A stretch of DNA of 64,000 bases. Source: a virus. This document shows positions 37,881-47,415 of the stretch, one piece after another. The notes beneath the pieces are model-generated. The model was not told the DNA's origin, ran no database searches, and saw only the letters and a program-made list of their open reading frames with translations. The stretch lies in the IMG/VR virus record IMGVR_UViG_3300029915_000003; one strand, given 5' to 3'. Numbering within the stretch: position 1 is the stretch's first letter; each line of letters opens with the position of its first letter. Both the position numbers and the translations under genes were made by a program.

Positions 37881-38741
37881 TTATCCCACATCTGAGGCAA
37901 AATTGGTTAATGTGTACAGAGATTTAATTCTACGCATTATATCGTCGTATTGTTTAGACATGTTATCTATGGCGTTCTGATAAACCTGGGGTCCAGATGA
38001 GGATGTACTTTGATTCATCCCATCCAACCCTAACGATTGACTATTAACCAAAGCCCTAGTGGCTTGTAATTGTTGTAGAATTAGACAAGAAGCCTTTAGT
38101 CCTATAGCTTCATTAAGGATGTTTGGAACCAAACTGTCAGGAAAACCGACAGTATACTCAACGTAGAAATAGTTGGTCAGCCAGCTGTTACCAGCCAAGC
38201 CATTACCCAGCCAAAAGATACCCCCTCCAGCCCCATTGTTATTGGTAGCGAATTGACCCTGAGAATAAACTCCAACCCCTATGGCTGTAAGCGATACCAC
38301 TCCAGCGTATAACATCGAAGTATCTATCCACTCGTTAGGGAATATGTATTGGTCTATTTCTTGTCCACCGATACGAATAGACAATTGCTTAATGCTATTT
38401 ACTGGCAAAGACTTTAACTTCATGTAGTTTTGTGTTTTAAATAACTGATAATCATATGGTAACTTATCGGTCATTTGCTTTTCCATTATATTTAGACCAG
38501 TGGCTTCTATAATGGAAATTGCCCTTTCGATCTGTTTAAATATAATAGTGTCCGACATCGCTTGTTTTTGTCCGGTAGTTGGATTTGGGAACGGTGAAAC
38601 TAATGGGATCCCCCAAAGATACTCATCCCTTATTTGTTGGGCGGTGATTAATGGACCGCAATTGCTAAAACCACTGGAATTAACCTCTCCAGGTTGAAAC
38701 AAACTACCTAATGATGGCTTAGCACCTTGTTGATTGGACAT
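37881..38741 (-). CDS. head-tail adaptor/neck protein
   Basis: YLWGIPL, VEYTVGF, EAIG..A and SLGLDGMNQS pattern. Confidence 0.6.
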   Translation of the reverse strand: MSNQQGAKPSLGSLFQPGEVNSSGFSNCGPLITAQQIRDEYLWGIPLVSPFPNPTTGQKQAMSDTIIFKQIERAISIIEATGLNIMEKQMTDKLPYDYQLFKTQNYMKLKSLPVNSIKQLSIRIGGQEIDQYIFPNEWIDTSMLYAGVVSLTAIGVGVYSQGQFATNNNGAGGGIFWLGNGLAGNSWLTNYFYVEYTVGFPDSLVPNILNEAIGLKASCLILQQLQATRALVNSQSLGLDGMNQSTSSSGPQVYQNAIDNMSKQYDDIMRRIKSLYTLTNFASDVG

Positions 38742-38794
38742 ATTTAATTAAAATTGCTATTTGCTACAAAAGGTGAGGTAATTTTATATGTAAA

Positions 38795-40723
38795 ATGGAC
38801 AAACACAACAACCAGACCATGGATAATTCCCAATCTCAACCCACAAACAAAAATTTATCCATGATTATAGATGGACTAGTATCTGTAGAGTCGCCCGATA
38901 AGAGTGCAGAAACACTTTCTATCGAAGGGGCCGACATCTCTTCTCTTGTTGGTGGATCTCTCAACAGAGAGCATGCCGATACTAAAGAGTTTGGTTTTTC
39001 CTCTGTTGTCGGAAAGTGTATATATGCAGTAAAATTAATAAAAAGAACCGATTGTTCCAACGATAGAGAATTAAGTTTTTGGGATAAATGGGAATTACCG
39101 TGCATTTACGCAAAGTTTAGATTGTTCAATGATCACGAAGAATCTCTCGCTGCACAGTCTATCATTAGGGATAGTTTTATTAACAATGAATCTCTTCCCG
39201 GCCTTTCAATAGAAGGAAAAACAATTAAACAAGAAGGCTCCATATTAAAATCCACAATTGCTAGGGATGTTGCTTTAACCTTTAAACCAGCCAACGCAGC
39301 TTGTATAACTGGTGTTTTAGAGGATCCAGTTATTGGCTATAAATACCAAGAAGTAGAAGAAGAGGAACTAGGTAAATCCCTAGAGGCTGGTAATTGTAAT
39401 TCGGCTCCCGGAACCCTTACTCAGGGAGCGGCCCTACAAAGAGAATCCATAGGGAATAAGGTAGCCAAGGTTAAGGTACCCAAGGGTTGGAAAGACATTT
39501 ACAAAAAACTTTCTGTTAAATATGGAGTTCAAAAAGCCCTGGAAGCTGTAATGGAAGCTTCTAGTACCCAAAAATCAGAATTAAAGGTAGAATCGGTGGT
39601 CTCCAATCTTCCTACCGTAGAGGCATCCCCCTTGCTTTTGAAGTTCGAAAGTGATATCGTAGAATTTAAACAAGTGGTTTTGGACCTTGGTCGGCTAATT
39701 AAGGCTGAAAAGGATTCATCTCCAGTAATAACTATGCGTGACAATCCGGAAATCAAATATAAGGTCCTAGGGGAAGACCCCAACTTTTATTACCTAAAAC
39801 ACTATAAGGATGAAGGTATTCCTGGTAACATAACTAAGGTCCGTAGGTTTGCTATCGACCAATTCTTTGATACCTCCAATCTACCCAAGAATCACACTGA
39901 GACTTCTACCGATGATGCGGTAACCAAGTTTACTCATTCTGCCAACCAATTATCTTTGTTAAATGGTATTAATCTAACATCCAAGACCAAGCCTCCAGAG
40001 CACTACAGGGAGGGTGTAAATAGTAATTACCCAGATAAACCATTTTGGACTAAGAACAAAAACAAACAAGCGGTATATATCAAAAACAACATATCCGACA
40101 TTCCCAATCAGGCTGAACATGAAGGTATTTATAACCTATTTGGTCATAAGTATTTTGGCTTGGGAGAACACTTACCGGTAGTTTCTGTATTCAAACACCC
40201 AATTACAGGAGTTAACACTTTGGCTGTCGAAGGTATCCCTAACGTTAGCCATCTACGCAAATACCATGACGATGAAAAGAACACAGACGCTCCGGTATTG
40301 GATCATTGTGACTGTCTAGCCCACAACGGTTCTAATGGCAATTTAGATCGCCTATTTCTAGCGGATTGGTTGCTTGGAAAACAAGACCGCTCTCGTATGA
40401 ATATGCTATTTAATAATAAAGATACCTCTAAATTGCATATAATCGATAATTCCAATCTCTTTACTCCAACAAAAGAGTTAACCCAAACCGGAATATATCC
40501 CAAGTACTCTATGTACTACGATAGGGTGAATCCAGCTTTCAACAAAGAAACCCTTCCTTGGTTTCAAGGACTCAACCTCCCATCCATGATAGCTGATTTA
40601 GGTAAGATGGGTGTTAGCCATGATCAAATAGCTGGGGTTATGTCTAGATACGCTCAAGCAGCCAAAGCACTATCCGATCCACAAGGTAGCCGTAGTAAGC
40701 TTTGGCATGGAGGCTACACCTAA
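38795..40723 (+). CDS. prohead protease fused to a C-terminal HipA/PI3K-like kinase domain
   Basis: Protease: S...D...E, NREH, GLSIEG, VALT..PAN. Kinase: VYIK, E.E, DWLLGKQDRSRMN, IIDN..F. Confidence 0.75.
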   Translation: MDKHNNQTMDNSQSQPTNKNLSMIIDGLVSVESPDKSAETLSIEGADISSLVGGSLNREHADTKEFGFSSVVGKCIYAVKLIKRTDCSNDRELSFWDKWELPCIYAKFRLFNDHEESLAAQSIIRDSFINNESLPGLSIEGKTIKQEGSILKSTIARDVALTFKPANAACITGVLEDPVIGYKYQEVEEEELGKSLEAGNCNSAPGTLTQGAALQRESIGNKVAKVKVPKGWKDIYKKLSVKYGVQKALEAVMEASSTQKSELKVESVVSNLPTVEASPLLLKFESDIVEFKQVVLDLGRLIKAEKDSSPVITMRDNPEIKYKVLGEDPNFYYLKHYKDEGIPGNITKVRRFAIDQFFDTSNLPKNHTETSTDDAVTKFTHSANQLSLLNGINLTSKTKPPEHYREGVNSNYPDKPFWTKNKNKQAVYIKNNISDIPNQAEHEGIYNLFGHKYFGLGEHLPVVSVFKHPITGVNTLAVEGIPNVSHLRKYHDDEKNTDAPVLDHCDCLAHNGSNGNLDRLFLADWLLGKQDRSRMNMLFNNKDTSKLHIIDNSNLFTPTKELTQTGIYPKYSMYYDRVNPAFNKETLPWFQGLNLPSMIADLGKMGVSHDQIAGVMSRYAQAAKALSDPQGSRSKLWHGGYT

Positions 40724-41195
40724 TATGCAAATCTTTAATATTCACAGAATCCATATAAATCCAGAAGGTGAAACCCAGCGACAATTAGTAGGTAAATACT
40801 CATTGGATAATGGGTTGTTTAACGTATTGGAAGACCATGAGGGTGTTTTCGATGGAGCCCAAAGTGGCGGTCAAGTAACTCCAGACCTACAAGCCACTTT
40901 AGATGGTTTTAACTCCAGCTCCTATTATCAAACTGAAGATATAGACAGTATGGAGTATAAGCTAGGGGAAATACCAGAAAGCACCGTTACCGATTTAGCC
41001 CACCTACATAACGATATGTTGGCTAAAAATCCCACCCAGGAATTTACACTGGCCAGAGACGGTAAAGCCTACAAATTATGCTATAATCATGCCTTGGGTA
41101 CCTTTACCATAAATAATAGTAGCGCCACTCCAGAAGAAATAGACTCCATCCTAGAAGAGGTACGTTCCGGTAGAGCAGCTTTAGAGGGTCTATAA
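40707..41195 (+). CDS. hypothetical protein
   Basis: ORF in the protease operon. Confidence 0.6.
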   Translation: MEATPNMQIFNIHRIHINPEGETQRQLVGKYSLDNGLFNVLEDHEGVFDGAQSGGQVTPDLQATLDGFNSSSYYQTEDIDSMEYKLGEIPESTVTDLAHLHNDMLAKNPTQEFTLARDGKAYKLCYNHALGTFTINNSSATPEEIDSILEEVRSGRAALEGL

Positions 41196-41197
41196 TT

Positions 41198-42325
41198 ATG
41201 AATTGGTTAGATGATTTAATAAAAAACAATCCTACCTTCAAGGAATCACTAGAAAATCTAGGGGGTTCGGGAGGGGGAGTGTCTTCAGATGATGTTCAAA
41301 GACTTAATAATCATCTAAATACAGACACGCTTACTGGTCTTGGCAACCGTAAGGCTTATAACGAACATATATCCAAAAATCCAGAAGGATTCCACATACA
41401 CATAGAAGGCAACGATCACGGGCATTTAACTAAAACCCATGGGATTGGCCCATCTGAAGACGCCTTAAAAGCCTACGCTACGTCTGCCCAATCGGCGATG
41501 GACACTATGGTTGGCAGAGGTAAGGGAAAACTATTTAGATTGGAAGGTGATAAGTTCGTAGCCCACATCCCTACCGAAGCTGAAGCTCATTCATTTGTAA
41601 GAGCTTTCAGGAATCATCTAGAGTCCCATCCTCCTGTCATGGGAACCCACAATATGGCTGCTACGATTGGGATTGGTTCTAACCAACTAGAAGCATCTGG
41701 AGCCTTGAAAGAAGCCAAGGCGGACCGTAAGGCTATGGGTTACGAAAAGGGTAGTTCTAAAACCCACATCAAAATTCATGGTTCTGATATTTATAAATCA
41801 GAATCAGAATTTCCGGATTTACAGAAAATGGCCATCAAGGGCTTGGCTCCTGGACCTCAGGTCCAACAAGATATCTACGATTATTCCCACCTACTAACTC
41901 CAGCCCATAGGGCTTCTGGCTATAAAGTACAGCTTAAGTCTAGACGAGTAGGTCATGGTAGGCATACGTTGGAGTCCAACATCTTCCATAACGAGATCCC
42001 AGTTGGATTCGCTTCTTCTTTCATGGAACCAGACCATTTAGGGCGTCCAGCCGTCAATATAGAGCACTCCAACATAGAGCCTGAACACCAACGTAAGGGT
42101 CTTGGAGTAGCGGCATACGAAGCCCTATTGACTCATGGCCATCATAAGCTTGGAGCTACCAGGGTTGCAGGAGACATACATTCCACCTCTGCCTCTGGAG
42201 TCCACCAAAAGCTTTCCGACAAGCACGGTATGGACTATAAACCTCAAGATAACCCGAATAAGTTTCACGATCAAACGGGTCCTTACGACAACAGATTCTC
42301 AGAATATAATTATCCCATAAAGTAG
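41198..42325 (+). CDS. degenerate GGDEF domain fused to a GNAT acetyltransferase
   Basis: TDTLTGLGNR and FRLEGDKF; IEPEHQRKGLG acetyl-CoA motif A. Confidence 0.75.
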   Translation: MNWLDDLIKNNPTFKESLENLGGSGGGVSSDDVQRLNNHLNTDTLTGLGNRKAYNEHISKNPEGFHIHIEGNDHGHLTKTHGIGPSEDALKAYATSAQSAMDTMVGRGKGKLFRLEGDKFVAHIPTEAEAHSFVRAFRNHLESHPPVMGTHNMAATIGIGSNQLEASGALKEAKADRKAMGYEKGSSKTHIKIHGSDIYKSESEFPDLQKMAIKGLAPGPQVQQDIYDYSHLLTPAHRASGYKVQLKSRRVGHGRHTLESNIFHNEIPVGFASSFMEPDHLGRPAVNIEHSNIEPEHQRKGLGVAAYEALLTHGHHKLGATRVAGDIHSTSASGVHQKLSDKHGMDYKPQDNPNKFHDQTGPYDNRFSEYNYPIK

Positions 42326-42330
42326 GTTAA

Positions 42331-42501
42331 ATGGAATTTAACAAAAGATTGTTCAAGTCCTTTAGATTTTGTAAACACGATTGGATTGAAGAACATACCG
42401 AGTTGGAGTATTTAAAATATAGGGAAGAATTGTTATTTGATTGCGATCTTTGTAAAAAAACTGTAGTGTACAATCTTAAGGCCAGGGAATCCCGAGAGTA
42501 A
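42331..42501 (+). CDS. YxRxCxH/CxxC microprotein family member
   Basis: Manual translation: SFRFCKH...CDLC...YNLKAR. Confidence 0.6.
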   Translation: MEFNKRLFKSFRFCKHDWIEEHTELEYLKYREELLFDCDLCKKTVVYNLKARESRE

Positions 42502-42526
42502 TTTTAGGGGTAACCTAAGAGGACTC

Positions 42527-43432
42527 TTGGATACCATAAAAGCCCCAAATACATTAAAGTACTATTCCGATGATATTTCCGATAAAGAAATAGCTGAAGG
42601 TCTAGAAGATGAGCATCCTTTGGTGGTGTTGGCTGCTCGTAAGGCTCAAGCCAAGCGTAAGGGGATTGGGTTCGTCCACGGTTTGAATATAACGCACAGC
42701 GTTGTATCTGTTGGGGGAAAACACCTAGACCAAATATTCCTACACGCTCCGGTTGGATTCTCTGAGGATCCTGTAGTTCAAAAGGTAATGGCTAACTACA
42801 ACCAAAAGTTCCATCACTTTAACCCTCATTTCGATGGGACGGTTTTGGGTTATGTTACGTATGGGGATGGAATGGTTCATTTTGCTAGCTTCCCATTCTT
42901 GGATACCAATACCGTGGATCCTGTTTATGAGTTTATGGGTATTACCCAACCCTACCTAAACAACGAATTTACGGGGATCTTACGTACCGGAGTTTCTGAT
43001 TACCTAGGTATAAAGCCAGAAGACCTAACCGGTTATATTGAAAATATCCTTAGTGGATACCTAGGGACTTTCATTTCTATTCCATCCAGTAATGACCATT
43101 TAACTAATTATTTGATTGCCACCGTACCTTTAAAGGGAGAGCAGTGGGATACAATGAACAAACTTTCCCTGTATTCGGATGTTGGTTCAAACATGGAGTT
43201 GTTCCAAACCATGTTCAAGTATCTATTTGACGAGTCTTACCAGAAAGAGATAACCGATAAGGCTGTTAATGGGACCAATGGGTGGGATACTTACCTACGT
43301 ACCGCCTGGATCATGCTTCAATCCCGTCTAGCCTCCATCTCCAAAGAAGAGATTGAATATTATGAACAAAACAATGGGGCTTGTAATTTCTACAATCCCG
43401 AAGTAACTGTAAGTCCAATGAAAGAAGAATAA
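42527..43432 (+). CDS. hypothetical protein
   Basis: AAGGAGG RBS before a TTG start; 301 aa. Confidence 0.65.
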   Translation: MDTIKAPNTLKYYSDDISDKEIAEGLEDEHPLVVLAARKAQAKRKGIGFVHGLNITHSVVSVGGKHLDQIFLHAPVGFSEDPVVQKVMANYNQKFHHFNPHFDGTVLGYVTYGDGMVHFASFPFLDTNTVDPVYEFMGITQPYLNNEFTGILRTGVSDYLGIKPEDLTGYIENILSGYLGTFISIPSSNDHLTNYLIATVPLKGEQWDTMNKLSLYSDVGSNMELFQTMFKYLFDESYQKEITDKAVNGTNGWDTYLRTAWIMLQSRLASISKEEIEYYEQNNGACNFYNPEVTVSPMKEE

Positions 43433-43436
43433 ATAT

Positions 43437-43730
43437 ATGTTTAAAATAGGCCGCGCTACATTTTGTGATTCTTGTGGTAATATACGTTTAACTAAGGTTT
43501 TAAACCAAGGCAAGACCAATCACCACGAAATGCTATTGGGGCGATTTGATCGTCACTCAATTATCCATCAAGAACCAAGCGAATTCCCATATACTTGCTT
43601 GGACTGCAAGAAGGTTGTCACCGACCCAAACGCTCCGGCTCCAGTGGTGGCTCCAGTGGTAACCAAGGTCTCCGTAAAGACCCCAGAACCGGTTATCCAC
43701 CTAGCTCCTGAAGATGAAATCAAGGAATAA
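43437..43730 (+). CDS. small zinc-binding protein
   Basis: CDSC...CLDC. Confidence 0.55.
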   Translation: MFKIGRATFCDSCGNIRLTKVLNQGKTNHHEMLLGRFDRHSIIHQEPSEFPYTCLDCKKVVTDPNAPAPVVAPVVTKVSVKTPEPVIHLAPEDEIKE

Positions 43731-44066
43731 CTAGGTTGTTGGTTTTACAGTAAAATCAATTAAATCTGAATAAATACTATTTAAGGCTTCGGCGTCCAGC
43801 CGGGGCCTTTCTAGTTCCAGGAAGGTCTCTTCATCCAGTAGTACTACCTCCCTAGTAAGTTTCTTGGGAATGTCGTCTAGATTTAGGTGTATAATATACA
43901 TTTCTGACTTAGCTGCATCCAAATCTACCACGTTTACTATAACCAAGCTCTGGTCTACCATAGGATCTACCCATACCGTATATCGAGAAGGATCCGCTCT
44001 GGTTAAAACAGAGTCCATAATTGCATCTACCTTGCCGTGCCAACTACCCTTCTTTACGTCTAGCAT
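43731..44066 (-). CDS. hypothetical protein
   Basis: ORF downstream of the MazG-like gene. Confidence 0.55.
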   Translation of the reverse strand: MLDVKKGSWHGKVDAIMDSVLTRADPSRYTVWVDPMVDQSLVIVNVVDLDAAKSEMYIIHLNLDDIPKKLTREVVLLDEETFLELERPRLDAEALNSIYSDLIDFTVKPTT

Positions 44067-44068
44067 AT

Positions 44069-44707
44069 TTAAATTACTCCAAATAGATCTAACTGGGAGG
44101 GGTGTTTATCACTAATAAAAGACTCCAGTCGTCCCGGATACCGTTCGAACAGCTTCCGGGATGTAGCCGTTAGGGCAGTTTCGTAAGCAAAGCCAGACAT
44201 ATTGCAAAGGTCCGACAAACCAAACAGTACATTGCGTAGAGCGATTTCGACGGGTTCCCGGATATCCTGTTCTGTTTTGTTGCCGTGAAAGAGGAACTTC
44301 TTGACGGACTCTCCGGCGTCCTTGGCGTTGTTGAGGACGTAGTTCAGCCTGTCCCTGAAGCCATCTTGGTTGCTGGATGGGTCTAGTGCGTTGTTGTGTT
44401 TCTCTAGGTAGGTGCGGGTGTACTCACCCATCGGCTGTAGCCCTAGCTCCCGTTGTAGGTTGGCCACGTACCAAGTGACATCCCCTATTTCCAGTTGGGC
44501 CGGTAAGAACTCTTGGGGTTTGGCGTTCATTGGGGTCATGTACTTGTACCCATCGAAATAGGCCCCGTGTAGTTCGATAGCTTCATCCACCAGCCCTAGC
44601 GCAAAGTTGGCTAGTTTTTCGCGGTGCGTCAAAGTCAAATTAACGGTGATTCCGGATTTAATGTAAAAATCTTCATAGAAGTGTTCTGCTAGAGTTGGAA
44701 TTTTCAT
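44069..44707 (-). CDS. MazG-like nucleotide pyrophosphohydrolase
   Basis: ALGLVDEAIE, EIGDVTWY and KKFLFHG; promoter TTGACA-N17-TAGAGT upstream. Confidence 0.7.
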   Translation of the reverse strand: MKIPTLAEHFYEDFYIKSGITVNLTLTHREKLANFALGLVDEAIELHGAYFDGYKYMTPMNAKPQEFLPAQLEIGDVTWYVANLQRELGLQPMGEYTRTYLEKHNNALDPSSNQDGFRDRLNYVLNNAKDAGESVKKFLFHGNKTEQDIREPVEIALRNVLFGLSDLCNMSGFAYETALTATSRKLFERYPGRLESFISDKHPSQLDLFGVI

Positions 44708-44793
44708 GGTCCCCACTCTACCAAAGAGAGTAAGAGGTGTCAAGGGGGTTGCAAAAAATCGTTAGGTGTGTTAGATTCAAACATTGGAGTGAA

Positions 44794-45000
44794 ATGAAAA
44801 GACTATACTTTTATTTACGCTTGTGTAGGCATAAACCTACATATCTTTCTTTGTTAGAGACAGATGCCAGTACCGCCTGGATCACATGTAAGGATTGCTG
44901 TGACAATATAATTGGCTATTATAGGTTTGATTTTACAAATAGGTGCATCAAAAGGGTTAAAAGCTACTTACAAGGAAAGGGTGAAAAGTCAGGAGAATGA
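44794..45000 (+). CDS. YxRxCxH/CxxC microprotein
   Basis: YLRLCRH...CKDC; GGAG RBS; TTGCAA-N17-TAGATT promoter upstream. Confidence 0.65.
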   Translation: MKRLYFYLRLCRHKPTYLSLLETDASTAWITCKDCCDNIIGYYRFDFTNRCIKRVKSYLQGKGEKSGE

Positions 45001-45182
45001 ATAAAGTATTAATAATACAGCCCTGTAAGCACAATAAGTTGATAAACTATACAGACTCAGAAGTATATTGGGCTGCTATGGAATGTATAGCTTGTGATAG
45101 ATACTACTTTTTCAACTTTTTAACCAGACAGCTTATTTTTGAAGAACCCAAAGGTGTTGGTTGGTATAGAGTAAGAAAATGA
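44997..45182 (+). CDS. YxRxCxH/CxxC microprotein
   Basis: IIQPCKH...CIAC; ATGA coupling. Confidence 0.65.
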   Translation: MNKVLIIQPCKHNKLINYTDSEVYWAAMECIACDRYYFFNFLTRQLIFEEPKGVGWYRVRK

Positions 45183-45523
45183 TTAAAAATCCCATTTATG
45201 TACGTCCATGTAAGCACAACACCTACTCTGGTGTAGGTTACTACATAATAGACAACCAATTAAGCTACGAGTGCGAACAATGCACTATGTTTTTTCAAAA
45301 GAAGGATCATAGAGTTGACCTTATATATTACGCTTTTACAGGAGAAAGAAAAATAAAACCAATAGTAAAATGGTGGAATGAAGGATATTTCACTTACACT
45401 ACATGGGAACAATTTTTGTCTTGCCATAATAGACTTCGGAATAAGTTGGAATATTATCTGTTTAAAATTTTGTACTTTTTGGCTAGATTCTTCTGGGTCA
45501 TTATTGATAACGATTTTTTTTAG
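45179..45523 (+). CDS. YxRxCxH/CxxC microprotein with hydrophobic C-terminal extension
   Basis: YVRPCKH...CEQC. Confidence 0.65.
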   Translation: MIKNPIYVRPCKHNTYSGVGYYIIDNQLSYECEQCTMFFQKKDHRVDLIYYAFTGERKIKPIVKWWNEGYFTYTTWEQFLSCHNRLRNKLEYYLFKILYFLARFFWVIIDNDFF

Positions 45524-45549
45524 GATACCATCCTACCTAGACCTACATC

Positions 45550-45783
45550 ATGATAAATACAATCAAAGAATTTAACATCTACTTCCGGTTCTGCAAACAC
45601 ATCTTTGGATATACTTGTTATTTGTCCAAAGAAAACTTCCTGTTTCAAGGTAAGAGTGAACCTATAATAAGAAGATGGGTGTTTTGTAATGATTGCAAAA
45701 AATACTTTACCATTAATGAACGGCTTGTGATTCCCAACAGAATTACCAAAAAGTCTAACCTTCTAGATTCGGTACTGGGTTAA
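45550..45783 (+). CDS. YxRxCxH/CxxC microprotein
   Basis: YFRFCKH...CNDC. Confidence 0.65.
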   Translation: MINTIKEFNIYFRFCKHIFGYTCYLSKENFLFQGKSEPIIRRWVFCNDCKKYFTINERLVIPNRITKKSNLLDSVLG

Positions 45784-45930
45784 ATGAGATCTTTCTACTA
45801 TATACGTGTATGTAGGTCGTGCGTATATTCCAATAATGTATTTGACTATTTTTGCTGTATACATTGCAAACTGGATCATGTAATTAGGGATAGAATTGTT
45901 GAAAATATTGAATGTGGAGTCTGGATATGA
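45784..45930 (+). CDS. YxRxC/CxxC microprotein (variant)
   Basis: Manual translation: YIRVCRSC...CIHC. Confidence 0.55.
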   Translation: MRSFYYIRVCRSCVYSNNVFDYFCCIHCKLDHVIRDRIVENIECGVWI

Positions 45931-45961
45931 AAAACACCCTTGTGTATTCTATTGGTACCAC

Positions 45962-46162
45962 ATGAAAACCCATCCCTATTACCGTCCTTGCCCACATGTA
46001 CATACATACGACTCTGGTAAATACGGAAAGTTCTTTTCCAACCCATTAAGTGAATGTATGTATTGCAATCTGAGTCTAATAGCTAACGATAGGGCTGTTT
46101 ATACTATAGATTTGTACTCCGATGATTACGATGATTTCGAAGAAGATGGTTCCATATTGTGA
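45962..46162 (+). CDS. YxRxCxH/CxxC microprotein
   Basis: YYRPCPH...CMYC. Confidence 0.65.
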   Translation: MKTHPYYRPCPHVHTYDSGKYGKFFSNPLSECMYCNLSLIANDRAVYTIDLYSDDYDDFEEDGSIL

Positions 46163-46317
46163 AATATAAATTACCCTATTACAGACCTTGCAAACACTCC
46201 CAAGGAATAATGAAGTCTTGCTCAACCTGCTCAGTCTACTTGTTGGATAGAGTTTGTCATAAAATAGTCAACTTTTCTAATTGGACCGGAATGGGACCGC
46301 TTAATTCGGGCAAATAA
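46159..46317 (+). CDS. YxRxCxH/CxxC microprotein
   Basis: Manual translation: YYRPCKH...CSTC; GTGA coupling. Confidence 0.6.
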   Translation: MKYKLPYYRPCKHSQGIMKSCSTCSVYLLDRVCHKIVNFSNWTGMGPLNSGK

Positions 46318-46318
46318 T

Positions 46319-46489
46319 ATGAAAAACGTACTATTTGTAAGACCATGTAGGCATTTGTACGATACAGATAATTACGCTTCTTGGGAAGGTATGGGGTGTT
46401 CTGATTGTAGAATAAGGTATTATTTCGATTATACAAACCGATACCTTTCCTTCCGTAAATACAGAATAATACTCCGGAATACCAAATGA
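46319..46489 (+). CDS. YxRxCxH/CxxC microprotein
   Basis: Manual translation: FVRPCRH...CSDC. Confidence 0.6.
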   Translation: MKNVLFVRPCRHLYDTDNYASWEGMGCSDCRIRYYFDYTNRYLSFRKYRIILRNTK

Positions 46490-46665
46490 AATACAACTTT
46501 TACACTAGATACTGCCCTCACTATTTCAATGCATACGAAGATGAAGATGAATACGATTTATTGGCACTAATATGCTGTGGTTATTGCGGAGTACTCCACT
46601 ACCAATTTAAACTCTCCAGCCGAACCCTGATCGTATCCAAATGCGATTATTTGGGCGATGAATGA
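46486..46665 (+). CDS. YxRxCxH/CxxC microprotein
   Basis: Manual translation: YTRYCPH...CGYC. Confidence 0.6.
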   Translation: MKYNFYTRYCPHYFNAYEDEDEYDLLALICCGYCGVLHYQFKLSSRTLIVSKCDYLGDE

Positions 46666-46690
46666 TATTTTGGGATTTTGATAGAGACAA

Positions 46691-46783
46691 ATGAATAATA
46701 TAATATCTAAATACTATAAGTCCTTCCCTTACGTAAGATTTTTGGGTCACTATGCCCGACTCTTAACCTCAATACTGGCCTAA
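46691..46783 (+). pseudogene. degenerate microprotein family member
   Basis: PYVRFLGH (Cys lost), truncated; paralog of 47416-47580. Confidence 0.45.
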
Positions 46784-46804
46784 ACCCCTGGATTAAGCCT
46801 TGCT

Positions 46805-47032
46805 ATGTATAACAAAACCAACCTACCCTATTACCGTCCTTGCCCCCATACATATACCTATGATACGATTAGATATAATAAGTTCTGTTTAAATCCCTTA
46901 AGAGATTGTACGTATTGCTCCACCTCCCTAACTGTTAACGAAAGGAATGTTGAAGCCATGGAACTATACAACAAATACTACTACGAAGAGGATGAAATTG
47001 AAATACAATTTACCTTATGTAAGACAATGTAG
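46805..47032 (+). CDS. YxRxCxH/CxxC microprotein
   Basis: YYRPCPH...CTYC; close paralog of 45962-46162. Confidence 0.65.
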   Translation: MYNKTNLPYYRPCPHTYTYDTIRYNKFCLNPLRDCTYCSTSLTVNERNVEAMELYNKYYYEEDEIEIQFTLCKTM

Positions 47033-47171
47033 GCATCTATACGATCCAATTCTGTTCTACCTATACGAAGTAGGTGCGTCGTGCCGTGATTGTCGAATCG
47101 TATACTTTTTCAACGATACAACCCGACAACAGGATAGCCGTAAATACCTACCTATACCCAAAAACCAATGA
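46992..47171 (+). CDS. YxRxCxH/CxxC microprotein
   Basis: YVRQCRH...CRDC. Confidence 0.62.
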   Translation: MKLKYNLPYVRQCRHLYDPILFYLYEVGASCRDCRIVYFFNDTTRQQDSRKYLPIPKNQ

Positions 47172-47398
47172 AATATACTTTTTATACCAGATATTGCCCT
47201 CATTCCTATAATGCCCCTAAAGATGTCCATATATGCGATTTATTGGAAATGTATTGTTGCACCCCTTGCGGGGAATCCCATTTCCTATTTAGACTCACCG
47301 ACCGAACCTTAATTACTACCAAATGTGATTTTTACAACCAAGAGGAAACAAACCGTATCCCTATCCCCGACCTCTTACAGTTTTTAAACACACCTTAA
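47168..47398 (+). CDS. YxRxCxH/CxxC microprotein
   Basis: YTRYCPH...CTPC; paralog of 46486-46665. Confidence 0.65.
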   Translation: MKYTFYTRYCPHSYNAPKDVHICDLLEMYCCTPCGESHFLFRLTDRTLITTKCDFYNQEETNRIPIPDLLQFLNTP

Positions 47399-47415
47399 TA
47401 CCCTCTGAAAACCCA

